Part shown: piece after piece, positions 37,490 through 47,372 of the stretch
Layout: each line of letters starts with the position of its first letter
Numbering within the stretch: the first letter of the stretch is position 1
DNA from: Candidatus Thorarchaeota archaeon SMTZ1-45
GTDB taxonomy: Archaea > Asgardarchaeota > Thorarchaeia > Thorarchaeales > Thorarchaeaceae
Reading direction: 5' to 3'
DNA: 64,000 bases
Assembly (NCBI GenBank): GCA_001563335.1
Contig: LRSL01000118.1
Span: 2 to 64,001, forward strand
The notes under the pieces: generated by a model
Databases searched by the model: none
What the model was told of the DNA's origin: nothing
Seen by the model: the letters and a program-made list of their open reading frames with translations, nothing else
Made by a program: the position numbers and the translations under genes

Positions 37490-38233
37490 ATGAATAATAA
37501 CAGAGAATATCATATTGGAATCGCACCGGGAGAAATACCTGAATTGGTCCTCTTGCCTGGAGATCCCGACCGTGCACGGGATATTGCCATGAAATACTTT
37601 GATGAACCACAAGAAATTGCTAGAAAGCGCGAGTATTGGAGTTTCAAGGGAAAATGGAAGGGAGTACCAGTTGCGGTTTGCTCGACTGGTATCGGTTGCC
37701 CTTCAGCAGCAATAGCATTAGAAGAACTTGTGAAAGTTGGTTGTACAACATTTCTCCGAGTTGGTACTTCTGGTGCAATAAGTCGTTCAATAGAGTCAGG
37801 AGACCTTGTTATTTTCACAGGTTCTGTCAGAGATGATGGAACTTCGCGGCAATATGTGCCAATTGAATTCCCTGCTGTCGCCGATCCAGAAATGGTATTG
37901 GCGCTCATAGAGGCAGCACAGAACAGTGGCGCAAGGTTTCATGTTGGCATAGGTCACTCTAAGGATGCATTCTATAGCGAACATCCTGAATTTGTCACAG
38001 ATTCAGAAGGAACCAGAAGGAAATGGGAGTGGATGAGAAACTCTCGAGTTCTAGCTACAGAAATGGAAGCAGCTGCATTATTTGTTATTGGGCATCTACG
38101 CAGAGTAAAAGTGGGTACAATATGCGTAGTAATCGGAGAGAATGTGGAGAAGGAAGCTAAGATAGTAGGTAAACCATCAATCGATGAACTGGTTACAGTA
38201 GCCCTTGATGCAATAACCTCATTCAAAAGATAA
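37490..38233 (+). CDS. Uridine/purine nucleoside phosphorylase (PNP_UDP_1 family)
   Basis: LLPGDPDRA, STGIGCPSAAIALEEL, RVGTSGA and EMEAAALF. The ATG at 37490 is preferred over the upstream TTG. Confidence 0.8.
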   Translation: MNNNREYHIGIAPGEIPELVLLPGDPDRARDIAMKYFDEPQEIARKREYWSFKGKWKGVPVAVCSTGIGCPSAAIALEELVKVGCTTFLRVGTSGAISRSIESGDLVIFTGSVRDDGTSRQYVPIEFPAVADPEMVLALIEAAQNSGARFHVGIGHSKDAFYSEHPEFVTDSEGTRRKWEWMRNSRVLATEMEAAALFVIGHLRRVKVGTICVVIGENVEKEAKIVGKPSIDELVTVALDAITSFKR

Positions 38234-38242
38234 ACGGGTATT

Positions 38243-39025
38243 CTAAATACCACCAAACCAGACTTTCTTTTGAACTGCCATATGTAGGTCTTCAGCTGTC
38301 CTTTTATCAATCCCGGTGAGATTTGCTAATTGCTCAGGACTCGTTGCTACAAGGTCTGTTGTTGTGGCAATTCCTGCATTAAATATCAAATTAATCGTCG
38401 GTTCAGGTGTGCCAAGCTCAGTGAGAAGATCCCTGAGATTGGCCATAGAATCAACACTTGCTACTGGCGGTGCAACCTCAGGCATTTCTTTCTCAATTGG
38501 GTCTTCAGAATCAGCTTCAACAGGTTCGGTGATTTTAGCGCCTGGTTCAGCAGACTTTTTCAATTCACGAAGTTCTGATATCTCGCCCTTGACACTATGT
38601 TTTGCAATGAAAGAGGGTCTCAGAAAAATGATGCCAATTATTACACATAACACTAGAATTGGAATGAGGAGATAACTATCAATATCTATAGCGACTATGC
38701 CACCGAACCCTGGTCCTATGAGACCGCCAATAATACCATCTCGAAGTAGCACAGTCCATGAGTCACCTGAAATGTCAGTGAAGAGTATCAACCAAAGGGG
38801 AGAGAACAATCCAAAACCTCCTATTTCATAAATCAATAACTCTCGTACCTTTTCCCTCCTTGCAATGAAAACGAGTATTGGAGGAATGATTCCAAGCAAT
38901 ATCGAAGTCAAAAACCAGGTGACATAGACATCCCATGATAACGCAAGGATTTTGATGATTGCTGCACCCAGAAATATTACAAAGGTAAGGACTGCACCAA
39001 AAGTGATACCATAGGCATATCTCAT
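38243..39025 (-). CDS. Membrane protein with a C-terminal helix-hairpin-helix-like segment
   Basis: About 5 TM helices, then an acidic linker, then LANLTGIDKRTAEDL (HhH-like). Confidence 0.6.
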   Translation of the reverse strand: MRYAYGITFGAVLTFVIFLGAAIIKILALSWDVYVTWFLTSILLGIIPPILVFIARREKVRELLIYEIGGFGLFSPLWLILFTDISGDSWTVLLRDGIIGGLIGPGFGGIVAIDIDSYLLIPILVLCVIIGIIFLRPSFIAKHSVKGEISELRELKKSAEPGAKITEPVEADSEDPIEKEMPEVAPPVASVDSMANLRDLLTELGTPEPTINLIFNAGIATTTDLVATSPEQLANLTGIDKRTAEDLHMAVQKKVWFGGI

Positions 39026-39289
39026 CTGTCAAATTCACCTCATTGACGTTAACTGATACAACAGTGCGAGAGAATCTTTTAGGTGTTTGTAGGATTTCAT
39101 CACTGAATTCTTACAGTTATCCATATGTGTAGATAATTAACATCAAAACCTAAAAAGCAGCTCCTTAAACTTGAAAATACCTAAATAGCCCAGAATGGGT
39201 GGAAGCGCGCTCTAGAAGGCGTTTCTAAGATAAGTCTTATAAGGGTCTTGAACGACCTTAAATTCACCCTTTTGGAGGAGTAATGAAAA

Positions 39290-39460
39290 ATGACATTCAT
39301 CGTTAAGAAGGCAGTGCAAGACTATGCGAAAAAGAAGAAAGTCCAAGTGAGTGGAGACTTCTACGACGCTCTTGATAAGAAGATTGAAATGCTTCTCGAC
39401 CATGCTGCCAAAAGGACTAGCGAAAACAAACGTAAGACCCTCAAGGCTTACGATCTATAA
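39290..39460 (+). CDS. Small histone-fold-like protein (DUF1931-like), 56 aa, below the ORF-track cutoff
   Basis: ATG at 39290 with GGAGGAG 10 nt upstream. Product: MTFIVKKAVQDYAKKKKVQVSGDFYDALDKKIEMLLDHAAKRTSENKRKTLKAYDL. A hairpin plus T-run follows. Confidence 0.5.
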   Translation: MTFIVKKAVQDYAKKKKVQVSGDFYDALDKKIEMLLDHAAKRTSENKRKTLKAYDL

Positions 39461-39483
39461 TCGAGTCCGATGATGCCGGGAGT

Positions 39484-39520
39484 GGGAGCACATTAGATAG
39501 TGCTTCCACAACCTTTTTTC
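39484..39520 (+). terminator. Hairpin plus T6 run downstream of the histone-fold-like gene
   Basis: GGGAGCAC-attagata-GTGCTTCC (one bulge), followed by TTTTTT at 39514-39519. Confidence 0.35.
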
Positions 39521-39590
39521 TACCATTACATCACTCTTATCAGGTATTGAAGGGGTGACCAGTTGCTACAGATTTTAGGAGTAATGCCAA

Positions 39591-40370
39591 ATGTATAAGG
39601 TCTGTCTAACGAATGATGATGGCCCTCGAAGTGAAGGAATGCTAAAGCTCGCACAAATTCTGAACGAAGTCGTAGAGCTTATCGTAGTTGTACCAGACGG
39701 GCAACGAAGTGCGACAGGCAAGTCATTGACTCTTAAGAGACCAATAAGAATCACTGAGAAGCATGAACATAATGGATACAAATTTGTTTCGCATGATGGC
39801 GCACCAGCAGATTCGGTAATTCTCGCACAGGCATTCTATGACAATATTGACCTTGTTATATCTGGTATCAACTCTGGTGCTAATGTTGGATACCAAAGCA
39901 TGCTTACAAGTGGTACTGTGGGAGCTGCATTTGAGGCGGCCATCAGAGGATTACCAGCTATTGCTGCATCACGAGAGGCTTCACCTAGTGACTGGTTTGA
40001 AGCTACAGGTTCGAATAGCTGTTTCGAAAAGGTTTGTGAAGTTACAATTGATCTTGTGATGCGAGTTCTTAAGAGAGGTATGCCAAAAGGCATTGATATG
40101 CTGAATCTGAACTTCCCACGTAATGTAACAGAGGAGTCGAAATTAGTAGTTACTAAACCTACGAAAGTTCGAATGCATAATGAGGTTGAAGAACGAAAAG
40201 ACCCTAATGGTCGTCCCTACTATTGGTATCTTGGCATTGAACGCAACCCTCTGCCAAACACTGATGCTCATGAAGTGTTAATCCTTGGAAACATATCATT
40301 ATCTCCAGTTGTTCTAGATTGGATTAAGGATAATGAAATTAAAACTCTTGAAGATTTTATGAAAGATTGA
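39591..40370 (+). CDS. surE: 5'/3'-nucleotidase SurE
   Basis: N-terminal LTNDDGPRSEG and GINSGAN motifs. Confidence 0.9.
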   Translation: MYKVCLTNDDGPRSEGMLKLAQILNEVVELIVVVPDGQRSATGKSLTLKRPIRITEKHEHNGYKFVSHDGAPADSVILAQAFYDNIDLVISGINSGANVGYQSMLTSGTVGAAFEAAIRGLPAIAASREASPSDWFEATGSNSCFEKVCEVTIDLVMRVLKRGMPKGIDMLNLNFPRNVTEESKLVVTKPTKVRMHNEVEERKDPNGRPYYWYLGIERNPLPNTDAHEVLILGNISLSPVVLDWIKDNEIKTLEDFMKD

Positions 40371-41367
40371 CTTTCTTAAGTCCAAGCCATAAGGAATCGG
40401 TTTTAGGTCTTGGAAGTTCATAACTTTTAGAGTCTGTTATGACTATTCTATGCATAGGATTCTTTACGATTTTTCCAATTACACTTGCAGAAACACCTCT
40501 TGAATGAATTACATTCACAAGTTCGTTGACATTCTCCTGTTTGCAACATACAAGCATGCAACCACTGCTAATTAGCTCAATTGGATTAATCTCTAAAGCA
40601 TTACAGATTGCCTCTGTTGAGTCGTCAATTGGGATAGCATCTTGGTAAATCTCAAACCCAACTTTGCTAGCATCGCAAATCTCATGCAGTCCTCCAGACA
40701 GCCCCCCTTCAGTTGGATCATGCATAGCAGTAACATAGCCAGTTTCGAATGCTGCAACTCCCTCAGCCACTACGCTTATCTGTGCTCTCAATGCCATCGC
40801 TCTTTCAACAATATCAGCTCCAACTTTGAAACTTAGATATTCTTGACCTTCGGTTGCCAAGATTGTTGTTCCCTCTAGAGCTATTGACTTTGTCACTATA
40901 ATCGAGTTTCCTGGCTGAGCACCTGATGAAGTGACATACTTTCCCTGTTCAGCCACACCAATCATGAATCCAACAATTATTGGTCTGTTAATACCCTCAG
41001 TCACCTCAGAGTGGCCACCAGCAACCGAAATTCCGAGCATCTGAGAAGCAGCATCTATCTGATTCACAATCCTCTCAAGCTGATTAGGTGTGTATTCTTT
41101 AGGTAAAATAATCGAAACTAGGAACCATCTAGGTTGAACTCCAAATGTCGCAATGTCATTTGCGTTCACATGGACTGCAAGCCACCCAACATCAGACACT
41201 GAACCAGTTATTGGATCAGTCGCTACGATGATGACTTTATTTCCAACTCGAATAACAGAGGCATCTTCTCCAAGACTAGGACCAAGCAAAACATCAGGAT
41301 CAGCAATTCCCAGTTTAGTGAATACGATTTTTTGTAGGATATCAGGAGGCACTTTTCCTAGTAGCAT
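40357..41367 (-). CDS. AIR-synthase-related (PurM/HypE/ThiL superfamily) protein
   Basis: MLLGKVPPDILQKIVF..., GEDASVI and ATDPITG are typical of the PurM-like N-domain. There is no HypE C-terminal PRIC motif. The start is taken at the ATG at 41367. Confidence 0.7.
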   Translation of the reverse strand: MLLGKVPPDILQKIVFTKLGIADPDVLLGPSLGEDASVIRVGNKVIIVATDPITGSVSDVGWLAVHVNANDIATFGVQPRWFLVSIILPKEYTPNQLERIVNQIDAASQMLGISVAGGHSEVTEGINRPIIVGFMIGVAEQGKYVTSSGAQPGNSIIVTKSIALEGTTILATEGQEYLSFKVGADIVERAMALRAQISVVAEGVAAFETGYVTAMHDPTEGGLSGGLHEICDASKVGFEIYQDAIPIDDSTEAICNALEINPIELISSGCMLVCCKQENVNELVNVIHSRGVSASVIGKIVKNPMHRIVITDSKSYELPRPKTDSLWLGLKKVNLS

Positions 41368-41555
41368 TCCAGCTATCACCTCAGTAGTGGGTGCGCACAA
41401 GTCCTGTGACTGATGCATGAAAAGCAGATTCATGGCAACCCAGAAATGGGCTCTCCTCGCTCACTATGACACCAGACGTAAATCGGAACTTGTGCGCATT
41501 CTAGCAACCGATTGCCTACTAATAACATAATCGAGAGGAGCTACATCTTGAGTTC

Positions 41556-42986
41556 CTATTTAGGAAGATAAGCTTCAACATGCCTCAGATCCTGCTCCTG
41601 TAATCGAGATTTTGATAGGCTAGAGCTAAGCAATGTGTTGAGAATCGAGGTTTCATTGAGAAGGTCTCTAGAGAGGTAGGCACGCCCTCCAGCAGCTTTA
41701 GCAACAAGGTATGCACCAAAGGTTTTTCGAAACTCTTCCACTTTTAGAATAGTTTCAATTGGATCATGAAGTCCTTCCTTCTTCATTCTCAACATCGCAG
41801 CTAGCTCAAGAGCTTCATGGTAAGGACGCTTCAGAAACCGGGGCCATTTTGACTGTTCAGGATCGACATTAACAGCAGCTAGTCTAACTTTAGCTTTACG
41901 AACCAAACGAGCAGTTCGAACGAGATCTTGAACTGGTGTGAACCTCTCATGACCAGGACCGACAGATTGTGCGAGTGGAATATTCGGAGAGAAATCTGAA
42001 ACAAGTATCAAGAGTGGCTCGATGTCATTATTTCGCATACGTTCTCTTCTGATAGTTTCAAGAGACTTCTTTAATGCCTCAGCAAGGGGTGTGAGCCCTG
42101 AGATTCTCAACCGACCTAGTGCTCTATAGATTTTATTCCAATTGGTTGTTGGTGCCTGAATTTCGATAGCACCACTGTCCTTGAATGCTATAATTCCAGT
42201 TCGGTCTTTAGACCCTCGTGTTTCACTCTCAATTCGTTCAAGGAATTCTCTGACTTGTTCCATGCTGCCTTTCATTGAAAGACTAACATCGATGACAAGG
42301 ATGATTGTCAAGGTTGTTCTCCCTGTAAAGACACTCTCACGGATATCATCCTTAGTTATCTTGATATGACCTTCAGATATACGCCCCGTTCTAGCAACAG
42401 CAGCCATTACTGTAGATGGGACATGGATACTTCCCACTTCTCTTGTTGGTATTCTTGACCGGAATGGTCTGCCATGTTTCATTGTATCCGACGATTTAAG
42501 AGACCCAACAGCTCTTGAGCTGACCCGTTTCTTTACCCAGCCACCTGATGATACTTTTGCTCGAATCATGGCTCTTTTCCTTAACCTCTCTAAATCAAAT
42601 AGTTCCTCTCCAACATCAACATCAGGCATCTTGACAAAAAAGCCATCATCCAAACCAAAAGGGGCTTCCCTAATTTCAGATTTGGATCCAGACACCATAT
42701 CAGGAGTTTGAGGTCTATATGGTCTTGTAGCTAAACCCCACTCATCACCGGATTCGGGTTTTCCACCTCCAGGTTCAACGGTATCAATACCAGCAGCTGG
42801 TCCACTGTTTCTTCGGGTCATAACATCGAGCCATTTTCGGACGAGATACCACAACACTGGTGTGATTACTAGTGTGTCGAGGATTAAAGCAGGAACTTTG
42901 GGGAACTGAAAAATTGGCGTTCCAAAAAGCCAGTTGATTGGACTCACATAGAGCCAAGCAATGAAAATGAACACAACAACCATCAT
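41556..42986 (-). CDS. Membrane-anchored VWA-domain protein (ChlD/CobT-like C-terminal half)
   Basis: N-terminal TM helices, then a VWA MIDAS-like stretch (LVIDVSLSM ... IIAF ... LLILVSDF). Confidence 0.75.
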   Translation of the reverse strand: MMVVVFIFIAWLYVSPINWLFGTPIFQFPKVPALILDTLVITPVLWYLVRKWLDVMTRRNSGPAAGIDTVEPGGGKPESGDEWGLATRPYRPQTPDMVSGSKSEIREAPFGLDDGFFVKMPDVDVGEELFDLERLRKRAMIRAKVSSGGWVKKRVSSRAVGSLKSSDTMKHGRPFRSRIPTREVGSIHVPSTVMAAVARTGRISEGHIKITKDDIRESVFTGRTTLTIILVIDVSLSMKGSMEQVREFLERIESETRGSKDRTGIIAFKDSGAIEIQAPTTNWNKIYRALGRLRISGLTPLAEALKKSLETIRRERMRNNDIEPLLILVSDFSPNIPLAQSVGPGHERFTPVQDLVRTARLVRKAKVRLAAVNVDPEQSKWPRFLKRPYHEALELAAMLRMKKEGLHDPIETILKVEEFRKTFGAYLVAKAAGGRAYLSRDLLNETSILNTLLSSSLSKSRLQEQDLRHVEAYLPK

Positions 42987-43030
42987 AATAGCAATGATCG
43001 TACCTTTAATTGGATCGCCTCGAGGATTCC

Positions 43031-44224
43031 TTATTCCTTCCGTAGTTTTTTTTTGCCTTCCTGCCTGCCGGAGGTGGCAAATTTGTCTCCTCGGCCAAAT
43101 CTTCCTCCGCTTAATCGAGGTCCAGATTTGTCATCATCTTCTTCCGGAACTTCGGTTGGAGATTTTTTGCGTTCTGTTTTCTGAGCGACTTCTGCAGCTT
43201 TTGTAACCGCTTGATCGACATCATCAGGTGATGGAGGTTCTAGGAGGCCTCCTCGTCGTGTCCTATGACTAAGCACTAGTTGCGATGCGAGCTTCATGTC
43301 ACCAAGCGTGACTTGCATTCTACCCTCAAAAGCTGCGTTAGTGATTGCAGCTTTACTGATAATAATGTCCGGTCGGACACCATCGACCTCGAGAGCATCA
43401 CAAGCCATAGCAATTGCTCTTAGATTTGTATCAGGAAGAATCACATCGTTGAGGATTCCTTTTGCTTGAATTATTCGTTTCCGAAGCTCAGATTGTTGGT
43501 CCTCCCAAGTGTTTCGAAACTTATCTGGATCTTCTTCAAATGCAAGATTTCTCCTAACGAGTTCCATTCGATCCTCAATTGAGTGATGACTACCAACAGC
43601 AACATGAAGTGGGAATCTATCTAAGAGCTGTGGTCTCAACTCACCCTCTTCTGGGTTCATCGTTCCAATTAAAACAAAATCGGAAGGGTGTGCTATTGAA
43701 ATGCCTTCACGTTCAATAACATTGATCTTTGTCGCTGCAGCATCCAAAAGGTCATCAACTAGATGGTCTGGAAGTAGGTTTACTTCATCTACATAGAGAA
43801 CATTCTGATGAGTCTCAGCTAGTATTCCGGGTCTTAGAGCTTGGATTCCTTCTTTAAGCACTCTTTCAATATCAAGTGCTCCAATCAATCGGTCCTCGGT
43901 TGTAGAGAGCGGGAGGTTTACAACACGCATTTTTCGCTTCTCAGACTTTAGCTTCTTGCCAGATTCTAAATTAGCCCTACATTCAGCACACAAAAAATCA
44001 TGATTAGTGGGATTGCAGCCAAATCTACAACCAACTACAACTTCCACTTCTGGTAGCAAATCAGCTAAGGCTCTGACGACCGTCGTTTTTCCAGTGCCTT
44101 TAGGACCAGATATGAGAACTCCACCAATTTGTGGGTTGATGCCATTAAGAATTAGGGCTAGCTTGAGTTTTTCAAGACCAACCAATGAAGTGAATGGCAA
44201 GGTTGTCCTTTTTAACTCGCCCAT
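43031..44224 (-). CDS. ChlI/BchI-type AAA+ ATPase (Mg-chelatase subunit I family)
   Basis: [88 protein letters not shown]. The match to BchI/ChlI is close. Confidence 0.9.
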   Translation of the reverse strand: MGELKRTTLPFTSLVGLEKLKLALILNGINPQIGGVLISGPKGTGKTTVVRALADLLPEVEVVVGCRFGCNPTNHDFLCAECRANLESGKKLKSEKRKMRVVNLPLSTTEDRLIGALDIERVLKEGIQALRPGILAETHQNVLYVDEVNLLPDHLVDDLLDAAATKINVIEREGISIAHPSDFVLIGTMNPEEGELRPQLLDRFPLHVAVGSHHSIEDRMELVRRNLAFEEDPDKFRNTWEDQQSELRKRIIQAKGILNDVILPDTNLRAIAMACDALEVDGVRPDIIISKAAITNAAFEGRMQVTLGDMKLASQLVLSHRTRRGGLLEPPSPDDVDQAVTKAAEVAQKTERKKSPTEVPEEDDDKSGPRLSGGRFGRGDKFATSGRQEGKKKLRKE

Positions 44225-44300
44225 AGAAATCCCAAACTGCTGTTTTTGCGAGAAAACAAGGTGACAGGTACAAATAAGGCTAAGTGTTCATGTAAAACTA

Positions 44301-45464
44301 GTGAGTGTTTTGATATCACACATCTCACATCTGGAATGTCCGCAGTGCAGAAGAAAGCATTCAGCTGAAACTAGAGGTACCTATTGTGTGTGCGGGTCAC
44401 CTCTCTTCGTAATCTATGACCTTGTCGGTGTCAGGGAAGATCTAACAAATGGCGAATTTCCTTCAGATATGAACTCCATGTGGAGGTATTCGCAATTGTT
44501 ACCAGTTAAATCTCCATCATGCGTTATCAGTCTTGGAGAGGGATGGACACCACTGATTCTATCAAGACGTTTAGGAAAACATCTTGGTCTTCAAATGCTT
44601 CGTATTAAGGATGAGGCTCAAAATCCAACTACAAGCTTCAAGGACCGAGGACTTTCCGCCGCGATTTCAAGACATTATGAGTTGGGAGCAAAAGAATTTG
44701 CACTTCCTTCAGCAGGAAATGCGGCGGTTTCTGCAAGTGCATATGCTGCCGCAGCTGGACTAAAGGCTCATATCTTCATGCCAGATGACACTCCGGAACC
44801 ATTCTTCCATCAATGCGAACTTTATGGTGCAGTGACCACTCGAGTGAAGGGAACAATTACAGAAGCAGGAAAGGTCATGAGTGATCAGAATGGAGATTGG
44901 ACAGATTTGTCGACTACTAAAGAACCCTATCGCGTTGAAGGAAAGAAGACTCTTGGTTTTGAAATATGTGAACAAATGGGCTGGTCAGTTCCTGATGCCA
45001 TAATCTGTCCCACAGGTGGAGGTACTGCAATCATAGGTATCTGGAAAGCTTTCGATGAACTTGAAGCAATTGGATTGATAGGTCCTGAGCGTCCACGGAT
45101 GTACGCAGCACAAAGTGGAGGTTGTGCACCTATTGTTCGAGCAATAGAGAAAGGTAGCGATGATATCGAACCTTGGGTGAACGGCGAAACAGAAGCGCTT
45201 GGATTGAGAGTACCGAATCCCTTTGCAGGTAGACTCATTCTAAACTCTATAAGACACTCAGGTGGAAGCGCAGTAGCAGTAGCAGACCAAGAAATTGAAC
45301 CTACAAGAAGAACTGCTTCAAAACTAGAGGGTATTGATTTTTGCCCAGAATCAGCAGTTGGAATTTGCGGACTATGGAACTTAATTGAATCAGGCAAGAT
45401 AGATTATGATGAAGATGTTGTATTGCTTAATACAGGAAGTGGAGCTAGATATACCAACTTATAG
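44301..45464 (+). CDS. thrC: Threonine synthase with an N-terminal zinc ribbon
   Basis: CPQC...CVCG ribbon, the SFKDRG PLP-lysine motif and PTGGGT. GTG start. Confidence 0.9.
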   Translation: MSVLISHISHLECPQCRRKHSAETRGTYCVCGSPLFVIYDLVGVREDLTNGEFPSDMNSMWRYSQLLPVKSPSCVISLGEGWTPLILSRRLGKHLGLQMLRIKDEAQNPTTSFKDRGLSAAISRHYELGAKEFALPSAGNAAVSASAYAAAAGLKAHIFMPDDTPEPFFHQCELYGAVTTRVKGTITEAGKVMSDQNGDWTDLSTTKEPYRVEGKKTLGFEICEQMGWSVPDAIICPTGGGTAIIGIWKAFDELEAIGLIGPERPRMYAAQSGGCAPIVRAIEKGSDDIEPWVNGETEALGLRVPNPFAGRLILNSIRHSGGSAVAVADQEIEPTRRTASKLEGIDFCPESAVGICGLWNLIESGKIDYDEDVVLLNTGSGARYTNL

Positions 45465-45535
45465 TGATTGGTGCGTAGAAAACCATCATTATTAATAGTC
45501 AGGATAAGAACCACTTGGAGTAGTCAAGATAACCC

Positions 45536-46708
45536 ATGGGGGAAACTCAAATCGGATACTCGATGGATAATGATGACCACTACCATGGAGTAAGGGACTC
45601 AATGGTTGCTGGTAGAAAAGAACTAGCATTCTTCTTTGGACTATTGATTTTCTATTTCTACCTTAGATTCGCTGGCATAGAACCAACTATAGTAATTGTT
45701 CTCGGGTTTATTGGAGGTACATGGCTTGCCTTCCGACCTTCTGAGTGGGCTGTTGAAGGAATGGAGAGTGCAGCAGGGCATCTAGGATACACAGCATATG
45801 TTGCAGGTATGCTCACAAGTTTGGCAAGCAATATGCCCGAAGCAGTAATCAGTGGAATAGCAGCTTTTGATGGATGGAGAACTGGCAGCCAGGATCTGTT
45901 GGATATTGCTGTACTTTCTGTTCTCATTGCTGCAGGATTCAATATGTTACTTCTTGGAATAACGATAATCATATCCACAAAAGGGAAGGATGACATGAGT
46001 GTTCCAGAAGAAGCCATTAAGAAAGACTCAGTATTAATTAGGTGGACTTTTGTCGCACTTTTGAGCATGTTTGCCCTTGGGGTCATGGATATGATTGGTC
46101 CAGATGCACCATCAGATCCAAGATTTCCAGCTGCTGCATCATTTGTACTGTTCCTCTCCTATATTATTTACGCGGGAGCATTGACCACAGGAGATGTAGT
46201 TGATGAGGTTTCCAAACCCAGAGCAAAAGCTAGTCATTCAAAGAGAACTGCAGCTATTCTAGCTTTAATGGGATTCATTGGTATTTTCTTTGCTGGTGAA
46301 ATTCTCACACATTCAGTTGAGATACTACTAACTGATTATCATGATAGCATTGGTCTTATTGGCAATCAGGTTGCAATAGCAGCATTGATTTTGGGTGCAG
46401 CAGGTGCTTTACCTGAACATGGTATAGCTGTGATTGCAGCGGCAAGGGGAAAAATTGGAATTGCGGTAGGTAATTTGATAGGGGGAATCCTTCAGATCGT
46501 TCTACTCGTCATGGGAGGAATAGGTATGTTTGTACCGATTCCATTAGATAGATATGTCCTATTTCAAATCATGGTGATTGCAGGAAGTCTCTGGTTCCTG
46601 AAACAAGCAATAACCGACGACCACAAGCTAGACTTCTTTGAAGGAGCAATGATAATTCTGCTTCAAGCGTATGTCTTTGTCCTCCTTATAGCAGGTACCC
46701 CGGTATGA
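45536..46708 (+). CDS. Ca2+/cation antiporter (CaCA) family membrane protein
   Basis: Two alpha-repeat-like motifs (SLASNMPEAVISG and GALPEH...VGNLIGGIL) in a protein of about 10 TM helices. Confidence 0.7.
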   Translation: MGETQIGYSMDNDDHYHGVRDSMVAGRKELAFFFGLLIFYFYLRFAGIEPTIVIVLGFIGGTWLAFRPSEWAVEGMESAAGHLGYTAYVAGMLTSLASNMPEAVISGIAAFDGWRTGSQDLLDIAVLSVLIAAGFNMLLLGITIIISTKGKDDMSVPEEAIKKDSVLIRWTFVALLSMFALGVMDMIGPDAPSDPRFPAAASFVLFLSYIIYAGALTTGDVVDEVSKPRAKASHSKRTAAILALMGFIGIFFAGEILTHSVEILLTDYHDSIGLIGNQVAIAALILGAAGALPEHGIAVIAAARGKIGIAVGNLIGGILQIVLLVMGGIGMFVPIPLDRYVLFQIMVIAGSLWFLKQAITDDHKLDFFEGAMIILLQAYVFVLLIAGTPV

Positions 46709-47339
46709 CATATGGAAGAATAGCTCGAAGATCATCATTTCGGATTACTACATCAGCAGCATCAGCAACTTCTCTATCTTCAGGATTAACAGCTATTGAA
46801 AGACCGACAACTTCGAAGACACTCATATCATTGCGGCCATCTCCAACAAAGGCAGTTTCTTCTAATGGAATATTGAAATGATCACATACCTGAGGAATCA
46901 CCTCAGATTTGGCACCCCACGCTACACGGTTCTTTACTTCGCCTGTCAGAATTCCATCTTTGTGATGGAGGTTATTGGTTAGAACAAAATCAATGCCAAC
47001 TCTTTGACCAATGTCATCAGCCATTATATCAAGACCACCTGAGAGAATTGCTGTCTTTAGGTCATGGTCTTTCAAGATCCTAATCACTTCCTCTGCACCA
47101 AGAGCTAGTTGAGTCGAATGAACAACCTTCATGACTTCTGAAAGGGTTTTTCCCTTCCAAAGACTTGCATCAAGGTCCGCCCATTCGTCATATGTAATCT
47201 CTCCTGCAAAAAATTGGTCATAGAATAATTTGCCCTCTCTCGTTGTACCAAAGTGTTCATGTAATCTCCACCAAACACTGCTATGTTTCGTCAGGGTTCC
47301 ATCTACATCAAATACAACCAATCGAATATCCAATCTCAA
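46686..47339 (-). CDS. serB: HAD-IB phosphatase (phosphoserine phosphatase-like)
   Basis: FDVDGTLT, SGGLD and GDGRNDMSVF motifs. Confidence 0.75.
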   Translation of the reverse strand: MRLDIRLVVFDVDGTLTKHSSVWWRLHEHFGTTREGKLFYDQFFAGEITYDEWADLDASLWKGKTLSEVMKVVHSTQLALGAEEVIRILKDHDLKTAILSGGLDIMADDIGQRVGIDFVLTNNLHHKDGILTGEVKNRVAWGAKSEVIPQVCDHFNIPLEETAFVGDGRNDMSVFEVVGLSIAVNPEDREVADAADVVIRNDDLRAILPYVIPGYLL

Positions 47340-47372
47340 CTACACCTGAAAATATCTTTAAAGAAATTCAGT

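Noticed and set aside
37510-37908. Long antisense or alternative-frame ORFs inside well-supported genes: 37510-37908, 44927-45397, 45658-46086, 48166-48630, 21418-21876 and 59368-60066.
   Set aside because: Each lies wholly within a gene whose product has strong family motifs. The alternative products have no motifs and a biased composition.
39212-39403. 63-aa minus-strand ORF from the track.
   Set aside because: It has no SD and an odd composition. The opposite strand carries a better-supported 56-aa histone-fold-like gene with an SD and a terminator.
39469-39478. GATGATG, resembling a C box, just after the histone-fold-like gene.
   Set aside because: There is no matching D box or terminal stem at an appropriate distance. 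The neighbouring hairpin plus T-run is better explained as a terminator.
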